From assembly GCA_964016885.1 (NCBI GenBank), contig OZ024740.1:246140001-246204000 (forward strand): a DNA stretch of 64,000 nucleotides. The letters run 5' to 3'. The notes below the pieces were generated by a model. It ran no database searches and was not told the DNA's origin. It saw nothing but the letters and a program-made list of their open reading frames with translations. This DNA comes from Eledone cirrhosa. Taxonomy: Eukaryota. Both the position numbers and the translations under genes were made by a program. This document shows, one piece after another, positions 27,501 to 40,792 of this stretch. Numbering within the stretch: the stretch's first letter is position 1; each line of letters begins with the position of its first letter.

Positions 27501-29270
27501 TATGAAACTCTATAAATAATTTGGCTGTCTTTAATAGAGTCTACTGTGTTGCAGTCTTATGTTCCAAGTCTCCAGTTTGAACATACTGCCCCCCCCCCCC
27601 CCCCCCCCAGTTTTGGAAGCCTTGAAAAGAGTTATGGGCACTGCTCTTCCTACTGACTAACTGATAAAAAAATGTGAGGGGGTAGTGACTACTGCTACAA
27701 TACTTTTGATCATAATCTACTTGATCAGAACTGACCTAGTAATGACATCATAAAGTATCTTGACTACTTGATTTTTGGCAACCATGTCTTGTCATCCATG
27801 TTAAATAATATTAAGGTCACACATGACTGGGTTCTGCTTGCCTCTTATGATGTTGCATCTCAGAGGTTTCTTGGATGTTTTACTGATATTTCTGTTATAT
27901 CTTTTTTTTTAATTTTTTTTTTTTTGCCTATTCAGTCAGTGTGTCAGCTCATAAGTTTTTGTGTGTTTGTATGTTGTGTGTGTTTATGCATTTGTTTGGT
28001 AATTTCTGTGTGTGTGTGCACTTGACTGTTGTTTGTGTCTTGTCTTGTGTGTGTGTGCATGTCATGTGTTGTTTGTGCGTTTTGTGTTGTGAGTGTGTGT
28101 GTATGTGTGAGATATAAAATGTGTTTAAGTGAGTGTTTGTTTCCAAAACTAAAATTTTCAAGTGACACTCATCACTTAGCACTCTACTCTCACAGATGTA
28201 TCAACTTAAGCAAATTTTTAAATTATAGCTGAGTATCTTTGTGTTGTTGTGTTGCTGGTTTGTTCATCTCTCACCCCCAACCAGAAATTAGTATTGTTTG
28301 TAAAAAGATACTTGTTAAACTACATAACAATAGTCATATTAATGATAAGCACAGCAATAATAATAATAATAATTGTTTCTACTTTAGGCACAAGACCAAC
28401 AATTTTGGGGGAGGGGAAAGTCGATTAAATCGACCCAGTGCATTACTGGAACTTTATTTTATCGACCCCATAAGGATGAAAGTAAAAGCTAAACTTGGTG
28501 GGATTTGAATCCAAAACGTAAAGAGCCAGAACAAATACTGCAAAGCATTTTATCTGACTTACTAATGATTCTGCCAATAGTGGTGATTTCTATTATTTAA
28601 AAATAACTATGATAATAATTAGAATACATCTACTCAAATCCACTTATAAGGCTTGGGTTGATCCGAGGTTATGGTAAAAGACACTTTCCTGTCACACGGG
28701 GGGAACAAACCTAAAACTATGTGATTGCAAAGTGGACCTTTTAACTGAAAACCACAGAACTGTAACACTGACTTCCAATACCAACAGACATTTCTGCATC
28801 TGTTTCAGAGTAAACGTTATGCTGTGTTTTGTTACAGTTCTATGTTTCAAGTTCAAATCCCGTCAACGTTACCTTTTATCTTCCTTATGGAAGATACGAT
28901 AAAATAAATTTACAGTGACGTTTTGGAGTGGATTTAATCAACTATACCCTTCCCCAATATTAGTAGCCATGTTGTTATGTTTTGAAATCAATACAGGCTG
29001 TATAATAAGATATTTTTCTCATTTATCTTTGTCACCTGTATAATGTAAGGGTGGTCATATTTGTGTATATACGAAGGTGAGGATTGCAGATGAAAATAAT
29101 ATGCATTATAAAAAGTAAGAAGAGTAATAAAGAATTCAGCAGGTTACATAAAAATATGTGAGAATCAAGTCAGAGAATTGACAAAGTAATTCAGACATTG
29201 GGAAAAATAAATGCTTTACAATGCTTGTTTTGGCTCCCTGCACTTTGAACTGAAAATTCCTGAGTTCAAA

Positions 29271-30864
29271 AGTTTGGGCTGCTAGCTACTTCTCTGCATC
29301 AAGAGATCACAGCTCCAGTAATATGGATATATGTCTCAGGAAAGAATCGTTGGATAGATTTTATGAGCAAAGCCAACTTGCAGGAGACCTATAGGTTCTT
29401 GAATAAAGTACCAATCCAAGGCAGTGCATTGGTGAAATTGTTAATATTGGACAAAATGCCTTGTGGTATTTATTCCAGCTAATTAGTTAACTCCAATTAC
29501 ATTTACTAACTAATTTGATAAGTACACCTCCTTAATCCAAGTAGTTAACCTTGTTTTTAGTGAGATCTTAAGCACTGACCTTTCCTTCCTGATGAAACAG
29601 TAAAGAAAAAAAATGTGGCTTAATTTGAGAAGGTAAACACACATAGATACGACAATGAATCAAGTTCCCATAGATAATACAGCCAGTCATTGTGTGTCCA
29701 TCAAGGCATTTCAATGGACCTAAGAAATGTTTGGTGGTTTCCATCTCCTTTTCAAGCATCACATCGTACTACCTAATATTTTAGCTATAGTGAAACAAGG
29801 AAGATGGCACTAAACACTCTTCTCCCTTTCAACATGATAGTATAATTAATTCCAAAATAATTAATTCCTATGTCAAGGATTTTGTGCATCAGGTGCATGA
29901 CTCACAGGGGATGGGAGGGTAGTTTGAATATTTTGAAAGAGCAATTTTCCTAAATTTTACATTGTATATCTTTTTCCCACTAAACATACTTTTTATATTG
30001 AAGTGGCAGAGCATCAAATTTTTTTTTTTTTTAGATTTCATGATAGAGCATGGAGAGAAAAAAGATTAACCACTGTTCTACATAGTTTCTTCATCTGCTA
30101 GAAACAGCAGCCCTATCTCCATTTAATCACTGTCTTTAAAAATGGAAGGACATGCTGGATAATATAATCCTAGATACACTGTCTGAAAAAGAAATTGGGG
30201 ATGGTTACGACTGGAACATCCTTCACTATATGTCTGCTTGATCAGGGGTTACACAGGGTTAAACAGCAACAACAGCAATAACAATTTGTTCTGTTAGTTT
30301 TACCCATCACAGCTAAGGACATACTGGTACAGCATCTTTAACCCTTTCGATACCAAACCACCCAAAACCGCCCTCAGTTCGATATTACAAAACTTTATTT
30401 TAAAGTGTATATATTTAAAAACGTTCATCATAATTTTATACTTAAAATTATACTCTAAACACCAACTCCATAATGAGAAAGTTAATTATATTACTAACTC
30501 TCCCCAAATTCTTGATTTGATTATTTTCAAAATTATTTGAAACCATAGGCAATATTTTTCATTTGAAATTGAGTAACAAAAGGGTTGAAATATTTTTTTC
30601 AATAGGATGTGAATATTTGGTTTTTACAACAACCTTCACAGCTTGTGTCATGTATCTATAATGCAGAGTTACCAAATTGGGCTTGTATGTAGCAGATTAC
30701 GCTATGTTTCAGAACCAGATGCTACAGTTTTATTTTAGTTTGGGCTGCTAGCTACTTCCCTGCATCAAGAGATCACAGCTCCAGTAATATGGATATATGT
30801 CTAAGGAAAGAATCGTTGGATAGATTTTATGAGCAAAGCCAACTTGCAGGAGACCTATAGGTTC
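29271..30864. repeat. 128-bp near-identical direct repeat (29271-29398 and 30737-30864) of a decayed Rex3-like fragment
   Basis: AGTTTGGGCTGCTAGCTACTT...GGAGACCTATAGGTTC occurs twice, with two visible substitutions. Confidence 0.9.
30342..30584. mobile_element. piggyBac-like MITE
   Basis: TTAA|CCCTTTCGATAC...GTAACAAAAGGG|TTGA. Related pieces lie at ~41460-41665, 45230-45360 plus 46650-46910, and 49710-49893. Confidence 0.6.
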
Positions 30865-33104
30865 ATTTGGAGATAGGTGTTTCTGATAGGGCCCTCTGGA
30901 AGCATGTCTGAGGACTCGGGCCCCACAACCATCTTGGGAAAAAGTGGGCTAAGAAGAACTGACTTACAGACTATCCTTATATCATTATCATCATCATACA
31001 TCTACTTTCTATGCTGGCATGTATTGGACCTATATATATTTATGTATTGACCTTAAGAGGAGTATCTAGCCATAAAATTCTGTCTCAAAATGTATTGCCC
31101 AACCAATGCCAGTATACAAAAATTGATGTAAAACTGATTTACTCCCAAAATTTCCATTTTGGGCTCCTAACACATTCCTCTACATTTGGAAAATTTTGTG
31201 TTGCTTTTATGAAAAAAGATTTGTCAGCTTTACTATAATGTGCACATGGATTAAAGGTAAATAGATGTCAATCATTTAGCTTTTCTCATTAATCCATCAG
31301 TACTACCTAGATAATTAATTCACTCCCTGCCCCCTCTACCTAACATCATCATCATAGTTAAAGCTGTTTTTATCTCTCACTTATCCTACTACTTGCATTA
31401 TTCACTACCCTCAACAGTGGCACCAACATCATCATCACTTGCCCCATCAACACTATTTATTGCCTTTACCATTTTACTAATAGAGCCACTACATGGTTGC
31501 TTGACTTGCTAGAAAAAGCAGCCAAATCTTTCAGATCACACTTCTACTGTTATAAAAATAAAGAAAGAAACACATGGGATTGGGTGTTCACAGCTATACC
31601 AACTTTGACTATGTGGCTGCTTGATCAGTGCTAGCCTGGGGCTAAACAACAGCACCATTACCACCACCTACATCATCATCACTGTTATAAACTCCATTAT
31701 CAACATCACTCTCTTTTCTACCATCAACACCACCACCAACACACATTACTCTCATTACTACCACTCATTACCAATCTCACCCCTATCACATCACCACCAT
31801 CACTACTCTTACCACTACCACATCACTACCATCACTACTCTTACCACTACCACATCACTACCACACTGGTGGCTAATCTCTGGATTTGGCAATATATCAG
31901 ATTGAAGCTAACATGACTAACATAAGATAATTTGATGAATTAACAATGAAGTGGCTCTCTACACCTCTCCTACCATGATCACCATCACCACTCACTACTC
32001 CTTTTCCCACCTACTGCCTTGGAGGGAGAGTAGTAGGTTAATACAATTTATGCAACAATAGATAGATTGCTACCGAAGGACTGGACACTTGGATGTTATT
32101 GCAGGATTGCTAGTGGATCTTGAGAGATCCAATGCCTCACCCATCACTCCTAAGGAACTCTTGGGGGTAAATTCTTCCAATATTTCCACTTTGTTGTTTT
32201 TACTCTCCGATATAATCTGTGGAGGGGGATTTATTTTTGTAATACATACTCACATGCACACACAAACATATATATACACTCTTATACAAACACACACATC
32301 TCATAAAGGCTCATTCATCCCCTTCTTCTGTCCTGTTGTTCCACTGAAACCAGTTGAGTGCTATGCTTCACTCATTCCCTTACTTGCCCACTCTCTATCT
32401 ATCTGCCTGTGTCTCTCTTTTCTGGTCTTCTACCATTGCCATCACCACCACTGGACACAATGGCTACCATTGAAGTCAACCTACCTGTATCTGGATATTA
32501 CATTCTCCCTGTTCGCTCCAAGTTGAATATTCTACAAACTTTAAATATTCACCAAGAAGAAGAGTCATGCAGTTGTAAGGCTTATGACTTCAATGGTGAG
32601 TTTCTTGATGACTCTTCTCATTATTTTTATCATCAACATGTCTATTTTTCCATGCTTGCATGGGTTGGGTTGGGTTTCTCCAACAGCATCACACTATTTA
32701 TATTCTTTTGTCATCTTTCATGAGATTAGCTTTCATCACTTCTTCCCACATCTTCCTCTTTCACAGCTTCTTTCCACTAGGATTGCCCAACAGTTATTAT
32801 CCATACACAATGCAGCCTTCTATCTTGCACACTACATCTGGTTTCTCTTATACTCAGGTTTTCTTTCAACTCATTTTCATGCACATTGTTACACATCCAA
32901 TGCAGCATACTAACTTTGTTTCTTTTCAGCCTGTGTGTAGCATTTACATTCAATACCAACACCACCCTGTATATGATTAAGGTTCCTGCTCAAAACATGG
33001 TTTTTACTCATTTGCACATATTATTACGGGGTCGATAAAATAAAGTACCAGTAATGCACTGGGTAATTGCTGGCCTTGTGCCAAAAAGTAGAAACAATTA
33101 TTAT

Positions 33105-36060
33105 ATATTGACCATGGAGTTGCTGCTGGAGAATTTTGTGTCAGTCACTGATGGCGGTGCAGTGTCTGTACAAGCTCACACAGGAGTGGCAGTCCTGTAT
33201 ACAGCGACTGCATTTGAAGATGTTCTCCTCCAGTGCTACTTTGTTGTTCTTTTTTTTTTTTCGAGCACACTTTTCCTCGGAGGCAGGTTTCAGTTTCTCT
33301 TTCTCTAGCTCCATCCCTTTATGCAGTACTTGTCTCCATCGTGGTCGATCATTAGCAACCTCCTCCTATCTTTGGGTGTCCAGATCAATTGACTTCATTT
33401 CCCTCCTGCAGACATCTTTGAAACAGAGAATGAAGTCATCCTTGTGCTTTTGTGCCAGTGGCCAGTTCCCCATACAATAGGTCTTTTGGTATCCTCCCAT
33501 CTGGCATATGAGTCAGTGCAGAGGGTGCTGTTTGAATAGGGTGTATATGCTGGGTGTCTTGGCACGGTTGATGACTCGGTCGGTCCACTTGATATCTTGA
33601 ATGTGTCTCAGGCTACAAAGGAATTCAGTCTGACCATTAGTCTGAAGAAAACCAACATACTGGGCCAAAGTGTCAAACACCCCACTACCACCACCATCAA
33701 CAACTACGAGCTGGAGGTGATCCATGAATTAATCTCGCTTGGCTCTACGATCACTGGCAACATCTACCTTCCTGAGATCAGCAGGAGAGTTGAACGAGCA
33801 ACCTCTACATTTGCCAGGCTGAGGAAGAGAGTCAGGAAGAACAGAAAACTAACCACAAACACCAAGATTGTTGTCTACAAGGTCTTAGCACACTACTTTA
33901 CGGCAGCAAGACATAGGGCCTCTACTCCAAACAGGAGCAGAGTCTCAATGTCTTCCACCTTTGTAGCCTGAGACACATTCTAGATGCTGTTTTCCCTGCC
34001 ACAGAGTTCAGAATAATGTTCCACCCATCTCTCCAACTGCTCTCTTTTGCCTTTGTTGACCTCGCCTGTTCTGGATTTGAGTGGGGCTGTCTTGCTTTGG
34101 GTTTGGCCACTGACATATATTCCCCGGATGTTACCTGTGTCAAATGACAGCTGGATGCCTTCACATAATTGTAACCAGTAGTCATTTGCACAGCGTCTCA
34201 ATCTTTTTTGCGTTGTTCCTAGCTGATCTCAATGCTTGTGGCGTTGCTCTGGTTGGTTGGTGTTTGTGCTTCAACGAGGTAGCGCGCTTCTCCTATTTGG
34301 TTGCATTGGGCTCATTTGCACTCGCCTCAAACTAGTCACGTATCATTCTTCACTTCTCCCAAAAGTCTTCAATGCAGTGTCATGGATGTTGTCTCTGAGA
34401 GAGTCCTATCTTTGTTGAACATCACCCTCCGGTGTGTTTGCAAGGAGGGTGTCCACCAGTGACTTGCTGACTGCTGGATTGCAGTAGCATTGATACACTG
34501 CCTGCCCAGAAGCTTGGCATAGTGCATTATATTTGATTGGAGTTGATTTTTGCAGCAAAGCAGGGAGTGATTTGTGTCACAGTCAGCGCTCTGAAAAGAC
34601 CGAGTCAGGAGCACATCTTGTGAGGATCAGATCTAATGCCAGTGCCTTGAGCGATGATGATGCCAAGAAACTTTGTGCTGAGCTCTGGCCTGGAAGTAGA
34701 TATTGGTGATACTTAGTCCATGGAGCATACAGAGCTCACGCAGCAGTTGCCTATTGTCATTCATGTTACCAACCTCATGCTATCCCAGACACCCTGCCTA
34801 GGAGTCGTGGTCGGCTCCCACTATGCTATTGAAATCGCCAAGTAGCACCAGCTGTTCTCCATTTGCGATCACCTGTGTTTTTTTTGAGAGCTGATCATAA
34901 AACTTATCCTTGTCATCTTGTGTGGAATAGAGGGTTGGAGCATAAGCACTGACAAGGTTGACATGCCCATCTGAAGTGTGCAATCGGAGCGAGTGGATCC
35001 GCTTTAAACCGTTGCTGCCAAGTTCCACCATCTTCAACAGTGAGTTCCTCTTTGGCTCTCTGGCTTCATTTATGCCTTTCCCTTGCCAGAGAAAGGTATA
35101 TTCTCTCTCGTGAAGGGTACCCGAATCTGGAAGCCACGTTTCCTTGACCTTGAATGCTGCAATATCCACTCAAAGTTGTAACAGTTCGTTGTTGATAACT
35201 GCTGTTTTGTGGGCATCGCTGATCTTTTGAAGATCATCTGACAGACCAGTAGTCATGGTCCGTATGTTCCAACTTCCAAGTCTGAATGCTGATGTCTTAC
35301 ATTGTTTGTTTGTTAATTTGTTCATTGTTTTTATTGGTGCAGTGTTTACAGCCCACAATTTAGCATATCAATATCCCTAAGACTCACACACTCTGTGAAG
35401 CAGGTGGGCTCTGATGGGACAGCACCTAACTGGCTGGACAGCCCCCAGCTTGAGGCGGATGGTAGCTGTCTAGTGAGGCACAATGGCCTCTCCCTCTGTT
35501 GAAAGCTGCCTCTGGCACCTTGCTCATACACCAATCATGTGCACACTTATATCCGGTAGACTTCTGCTTTCCATGTTTAGCTGCTGTGGTGAGGCAATGC
35601 TAGAATGCCCTCTCCAGGGTGCAGGCCTGGGCAGTTGCCCATGCAGCATGTCTCCTCTCTCTGCACCACTGGTGTTGTCCAAGGGAAGGGGAGATTCCGT
35701 AGGAGTAGCCAGAACAAGATTGGATATAACATCGAACTGCCTTAGGGACTCCTGCTCCGGATTTATCTTCAGTGTTTACTCCCAAAGCCTTTCCCATAAG
35801 TGGGTATACCTGCAAGGCAGTGGAGGTTTAATTTTAGAGTTTGCCTTCTCTTGGATGGACCGCCCTCCTAGACTGACAAGTTCCATCTACCTGGAGCCAG
35901 AACCCACCTACTCCTGTCAGTAGGGGCAGTTCTGCCGGGCTTGCATGTTAAGCCACATGAGAAGGCCAGGAATTAGACTTGGTTGTCAGAGGCTATTTGA
36001 GGCGCATGCTGTGAGGAGCATTTTTTTAACACTGCGAGCTCATCCACACTGCTACCCCTC
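33105..36060 (-). mobile_element. Decayed BovB-like RTE LINE with RT-core deletion and an inverted internal segment (33599-33980)
   Basis: Minus strand: LGSWNIRTM, ETWLPDSG, VSAYAPT, LLGDFN (APE); MPDGRIPKDLLYGEL; C-terminal FKCSRC..DCHS...LY.H finger. Plus strand 33600-33980 encodes LTISLKKT...LGSTIT...EISRR. Confidence 0.85.
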
Positions 36061-36149
36061 AGCACAGAAAACCAATTTATTCAACTTCAGTGTTTTTTTC
36101 AGTTTTTTTTGTCTTATTTCTTTTTACAAAAGAAAAAATTTCTTCTTTG

Positions 36150-37170
36150 TTATTATTTTCCTCCTCAGAGGGCCGTGGGGGAAGAATTCTCAGACACTCC
36201 TTCCATAGGGTCCTGTCAGAAGCAACCATCTCCAACCAATCTGGTTGGATTGCTAAGTGAGACCAGCCAAGCTCATGGATGTTATCCAACGATCTTGCTT
36301 GAGGTCTACTTTTGGGTCTCCTGCCGGTTGGTTTTACCCGTAAAATCTGACCAGCGATTCTTTCCAGAGACATTCTAACCACATGCCTATAATATCAGAG
36401 CTGTGATCTCTCAGTTTGGAAAAGTAGCAGCTCTACCTGGAGTGACTCTCTGGATCTCTGAGCTACATACTCTGTTGAGTAAGATTGCTCGAAAGACCTT
36501 TCAGAGGCATAACATTTTGGCCGATTGTATTTGCAATCATATTCTTTCAGTCATTACACACAGCAGGTTCTGAGGAATGCATTCATATGCCTTTTCAAGG
36601 TCTACAAAAGAAGAAAGTACTTCTTGGCAATACTCACATGATTTCTCGAAGACCTGTGTCCAGGGTGAAAACTGCACTGTTCATCAGCTCTTTGCCAGAC
36701 ACTTCGCATAGACTTTACTGGGGAGGCTTAACAAAGAGATCCCTCTGTAATTGGAACAATCTCTGTTGTCTCCCTTTTTGAAAATCGGGATTATCACTCT
36801 CAATTGCCATTGCTTAGGTGCTTTTCCAGAGATCCAGGCCACTTGGCACACTTGTATGTAAGGCGTTTAACATCTGTCCAGATTTCATTTTCCCCAGCAG
36901 CCTTGCATATTTGAGCTCTTTAACTGCTCATGTGATCTCAACCTCATGTACAACAGGAGATGCTGTTGAGATAGGATTTAGGATCAGCAATATATTCTCT
37001 CCACCTCGTGAGGATGCACTTCTTTGAAGAGAGGAGAACCCCTGACGTGTTCCTGATAATTGTGCAGGAGGACTTCTTATTACTTCTTAACACTTTATTT
37101 GGCTGATCTGAAGTTGGATTCCAACTTAATCCCAAAGCCCTCCCATGTCTTAACCTTGAACACCTTTACT
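36150..37170 (-). mobile_element. Rex3/Expander-like RTE, decayed and deleted
   Basis: ILTRWREY, CSNY-like RT region and C-terminal KPTGRRPKSRP...VASDRTLWKECLRILPPRP. Confidence 0.75.
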
Positions 37171-37201
37171 GTCTGAAAAAAGGTCACAATGATAATTTTG
37201 T

Positions 37202-37680
37202 TTATTTTTCCATATTGGTACAAGTTGGATGCGAATGAGGTAAAATTCTAAAAATAAAAAAGTCCTTCTTGACACCAACTGCTATTTGTCTATTTTTAGT
37301 AAGACAGATCTTATCCTCATGTCTGGGGGCATCAGGTAGTCGATATGTGACACGCATTACCATTTTGAGTTGCTTTACGTGTATTATTAGCATGTCACAG
37401 ACCGAGCTGGAATGTGACAACAATACTAATGATATGACATCTTTAGGGATGTACAAAGAAACTCTACCATGAGTTCTTTCCCTCCTGTCAGTACAAGATA
37501 CAACATACTTTGGTATGTGTATTTCTGCATCTGCTATGCTAGCTGTCATGTGAGTTTCAGTTAGTGCCATGCATATTGCTTGATTGCTTGTAGTTAAGGT
37601 CTGTTAGGTAGGAGATCTTATACATGTTGCTCAGTTTTACCAGGCCTCTGACATTTAGTAGTAGCTTTGATGTGATATTT
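37202..37680 (-). mobile_element. APE endonuclease remnant of a CR1/L2/Jockey-type LINE
   Basis: LLNVRGL (~37640-37660), ALTETH, IPKY...DRRERTHGRVSLY and TYRLP motifs. Confidence 0.7.
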
Positions 37681-39112
37681 GTGGTGGCAGCTGATATGAC
37701 ATTTGGGGTGTTAGTGGTGGCCACTCCCCATGCCGAGAGGTTCCTTTCTTGTTATGCTTTCAGAAAACTTGGACTTTCTTTTTCCAGGGTCTATTTTTCA
37801 TAGATTTAGTCTTCTTCACCTTAGCATTTATCCACTGGTCATCTCCTGCCTGTCTATTTGTGTTTTTCTTCTTATTGGGGTCTGCCTGATGGTTCTTTAC
37901 TTTACCTTTGCTGCATTCCAGTGTTTCATTTTCTTTTTCAACATTCTCACTGATGTTGTCTGCAGCGCAGGCCATCTCACTCTCAGTAGCCCTCCGCTCC
38001 TTCAGGGCTTTTGTGGTTCATATTTTTTCTTTTTTGTCTTTTGTCTTCTCTGTGTAAATGTGACTTAGCTGATCCATCTGTGGTTTAATAAGCATACAGA
38101 CACGAAAAAATTAAAGCATTGTTCACTGTAGCTGTTCCAAAGTTCTCAGAAAGCCTCATTTTCAGGGTCTCCTTAGTTTGTTTGAAAGGAAGCCATTAGC
38201 TGAACTCCATGCGCTGACTGTAAGTTTTAGTTCCTTTCAGTGAGTTCGGATTCCATCTACCTGTTATTATTGTTCAAATCCCGCCGAGGTTTACTTTGCC
38301 TTTCATCCTTATGGGGTCGATAAAATAAAGTACCAGTAATGCACTGGATAATTGCTGGCCTTGTGCCTAAAGTAGAAACAATTATTGTTTTCCACATTTC
38401 AATTATATTAATCAATTAATTAGAAATAAAATAAAACGGAATACAATTACTATCTCAATAAAGAAAATAAGTTAAAAATATAGTACTCTAAAAATATAAT
38501 ATCTTATCTTAGCGAAAGATAGCAATACAGAGCACCAATTACAATATTTCAGTGATCAATCAATTAAAAATAATGAAAAACAATTACTATTTCAGAAAAT
38601 ATATCAAATCAAAACACACTTCAAAATACCATACCTTCAGTGAAAAATATCAGAAAAAAAGCAGTCCTTAGTGCATAAATTTAAAAACAAACAAGTCGTT
38701 TTATATCCTGCTTGTAGTAAAAAGTAAAAAAATCTTTTTTTTTTAAAAATAGAGAATTAAAAAAAAAAGTAAAAATTTTACAGTGCAAGTCCTTCAGACT
38801 CCAAAAATTATTGTGCACGCATGCGCGTGCGCGCACACACACAGACACACACAGACACACATACACACAAATATAAATAAATAAAGTGAATAGGATTCAA
38901 GGAAAAAAACTACACAAAATCTATTGAAAATCAAAGAAAGATTTATTGCATAATAGGGTCTCTTATGTGTTTCAATGGTTATGATACTTATGTTACACAA
39001 CTCCACTCACCATGTTGAGCACAATTAACCAGTAAGCTGCCTCTTTCATTTTTTTGTTTTGCTTATTCATTTTACACTAACATGAGTTAGTATTTTAAAC
39101 GTATATATTTCT

Positions 39113-39157
<45 letters not shown>

Positions 39158-39235
39158 CATCATCACCATTTTTACGTCTGCTTTCCATGCTTCATGGGTC
39201 GAAAGTAACACAGAGGAGACTGAGGTTAGCTAGAC

Positions 39236-39433
39236 ATGATCACTGACATTGAGTTGACACTGAACTCAGTGTTCCTGTGGGAGCCCCTACACAGACACAC
39301 TAGAAGACGGAGACTGAGGTTGACATATATTGACACTGCTCTCTGGGAGATGCAGGACATGGCGGCGATGATGAAGGACAGAGACCGCTGGAGAGGACTC
39401 GTCCATGGATCTCAGGAATTTTACCCACCTTAT
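39236..39433 (+). mobile_element. RTE-like LINE 3' fragment
   Basis: LWEPLH...RRRLRLTYIDT...MKDRDRWRGLV. Same family as 2877-2950. Confidence 0.65.
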
Positions 39434-39443
39434 ATTTTTTCCG

Positions 39444-39813
39444 TTTATCGTTTTCGGTGCACCCAGCCGATTAACCCACTCGATATGCAAATTGGGCTAC
39501 TCGGCCGTTAATATGCATTAGGAAAGTATATACTTTCAGACGTTCAATCATCTGGCAGGGAGGTATACGTTGCTGACGATAGTTAATAAGCTTGAAAGTA
39601 GTACAGCGTTCCTTTGTCAGTGTTGAACAAACGAGCAACGATGGTTGCTAGACACTGTACAGCTTAATAGGGATGTTTGTTTACAAACACACCGAGCATT
39701 ATAATAAATGTTCGGTGAATCCATACGTACATATATATATGTGTGCATGTGTGTATATATATACATACTACTGTACGTCTGTATACATATATGTATGTAC
39801 GTATACATACTTA
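39444..39813 (+). mobile_element. Diverged single copy of the ~470-nt hammerhead unit
   Basis: Collinear with 18570-18993: TTTATCGTTTTCGGT, ATGCAAAT, GGAAAGTATATACTTTC, hammerhead, TGTCAGTGTTGAACAAA, TACTGTACGTCTGTATACATATATG. Confidence 0.85.
39567..39609 (+). ncRNA. Minimal type I hammerhead ribozyme (diverged)
   Basis: ACGUUG CUGACGA U-AGUU-aaua-AGCU-U GAAA GUAG UA CAGCGU. Stems I and II are kept through GU pairs. The stem III palindrome is broken (GUAG). Confidence 0.75.
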
Positions 39814-40753
39814 TATATATATAAATACACACACACACATATAGGCTGTATGCAGATGTACAATAGCCTATGTACAGATGTATAATTAGCTATACACATA
39901 TGTACAGTAGCTTATACACAGATGTACAATAGGCTTTACAGAGATGTACTGTAGGCTGTTCACTGATGTACAATTATGTAACATCTTTAAACCTCATGGC
40001 ACACAATACATCCTGTTGCTGTTCTTGACAGCAGAAATTGCAGCAGAGCAGTTTTTTTTCATGTCTTGTTTTTCCTCTTAATACAGTATTCTCCATCAGA
40101 TCAATGAATAGCTACTGATTAATTAAGACTCCAATTAAGAGATTTACCCAAGCACACCAACTAATACAGTCCACCAACTCTTTCACACATTATTTAGATG
40201 AGAAAAACAAAATCAAGTCCAGTTATATATATATAAAGTTTAAACAAACAATTTCTGCTTTCTCAGAAATTGTTTGCTTAAACCTTTAAACTGTGCTAAT
40301 AATAAATATTCGCTCTACAGTTTTATATATATATTGTTGCATAAATATATACTGTTAATGTGTGTGTGTGTGTGTATATATCATCATTATCATTTAACAT
40401 CCATTTTTGCATGCTAGCAGGGGTTAAATGAGTTGTTCCGTTGTAGGACAAGCCAGATCAGATGATCATGTCATGCCCATAGAGAACTGATTCTGGCTTG
40501 GTTTCTACGTCTGGAAGCCCTTCCTAATGCCAACCACATTTACACTGTGAACTAGGTGTTTTTGATTGGGTTGTATATATGTATGTATGTGTGTGTGTAC
40601 ACACACACACTCACATACATCACACATACATACACACGCAACTTTTAAGCCAAAAATACAGATCTGTATGAATAAGACATCACCTGATCTGACTTGTCTC
40701 ATTATGTGTCAACCTGTGAAACCCATGCAAGTGTGGAAAAATAGACATTAAAT

Positions 40754-40792
<39 letters not shown>

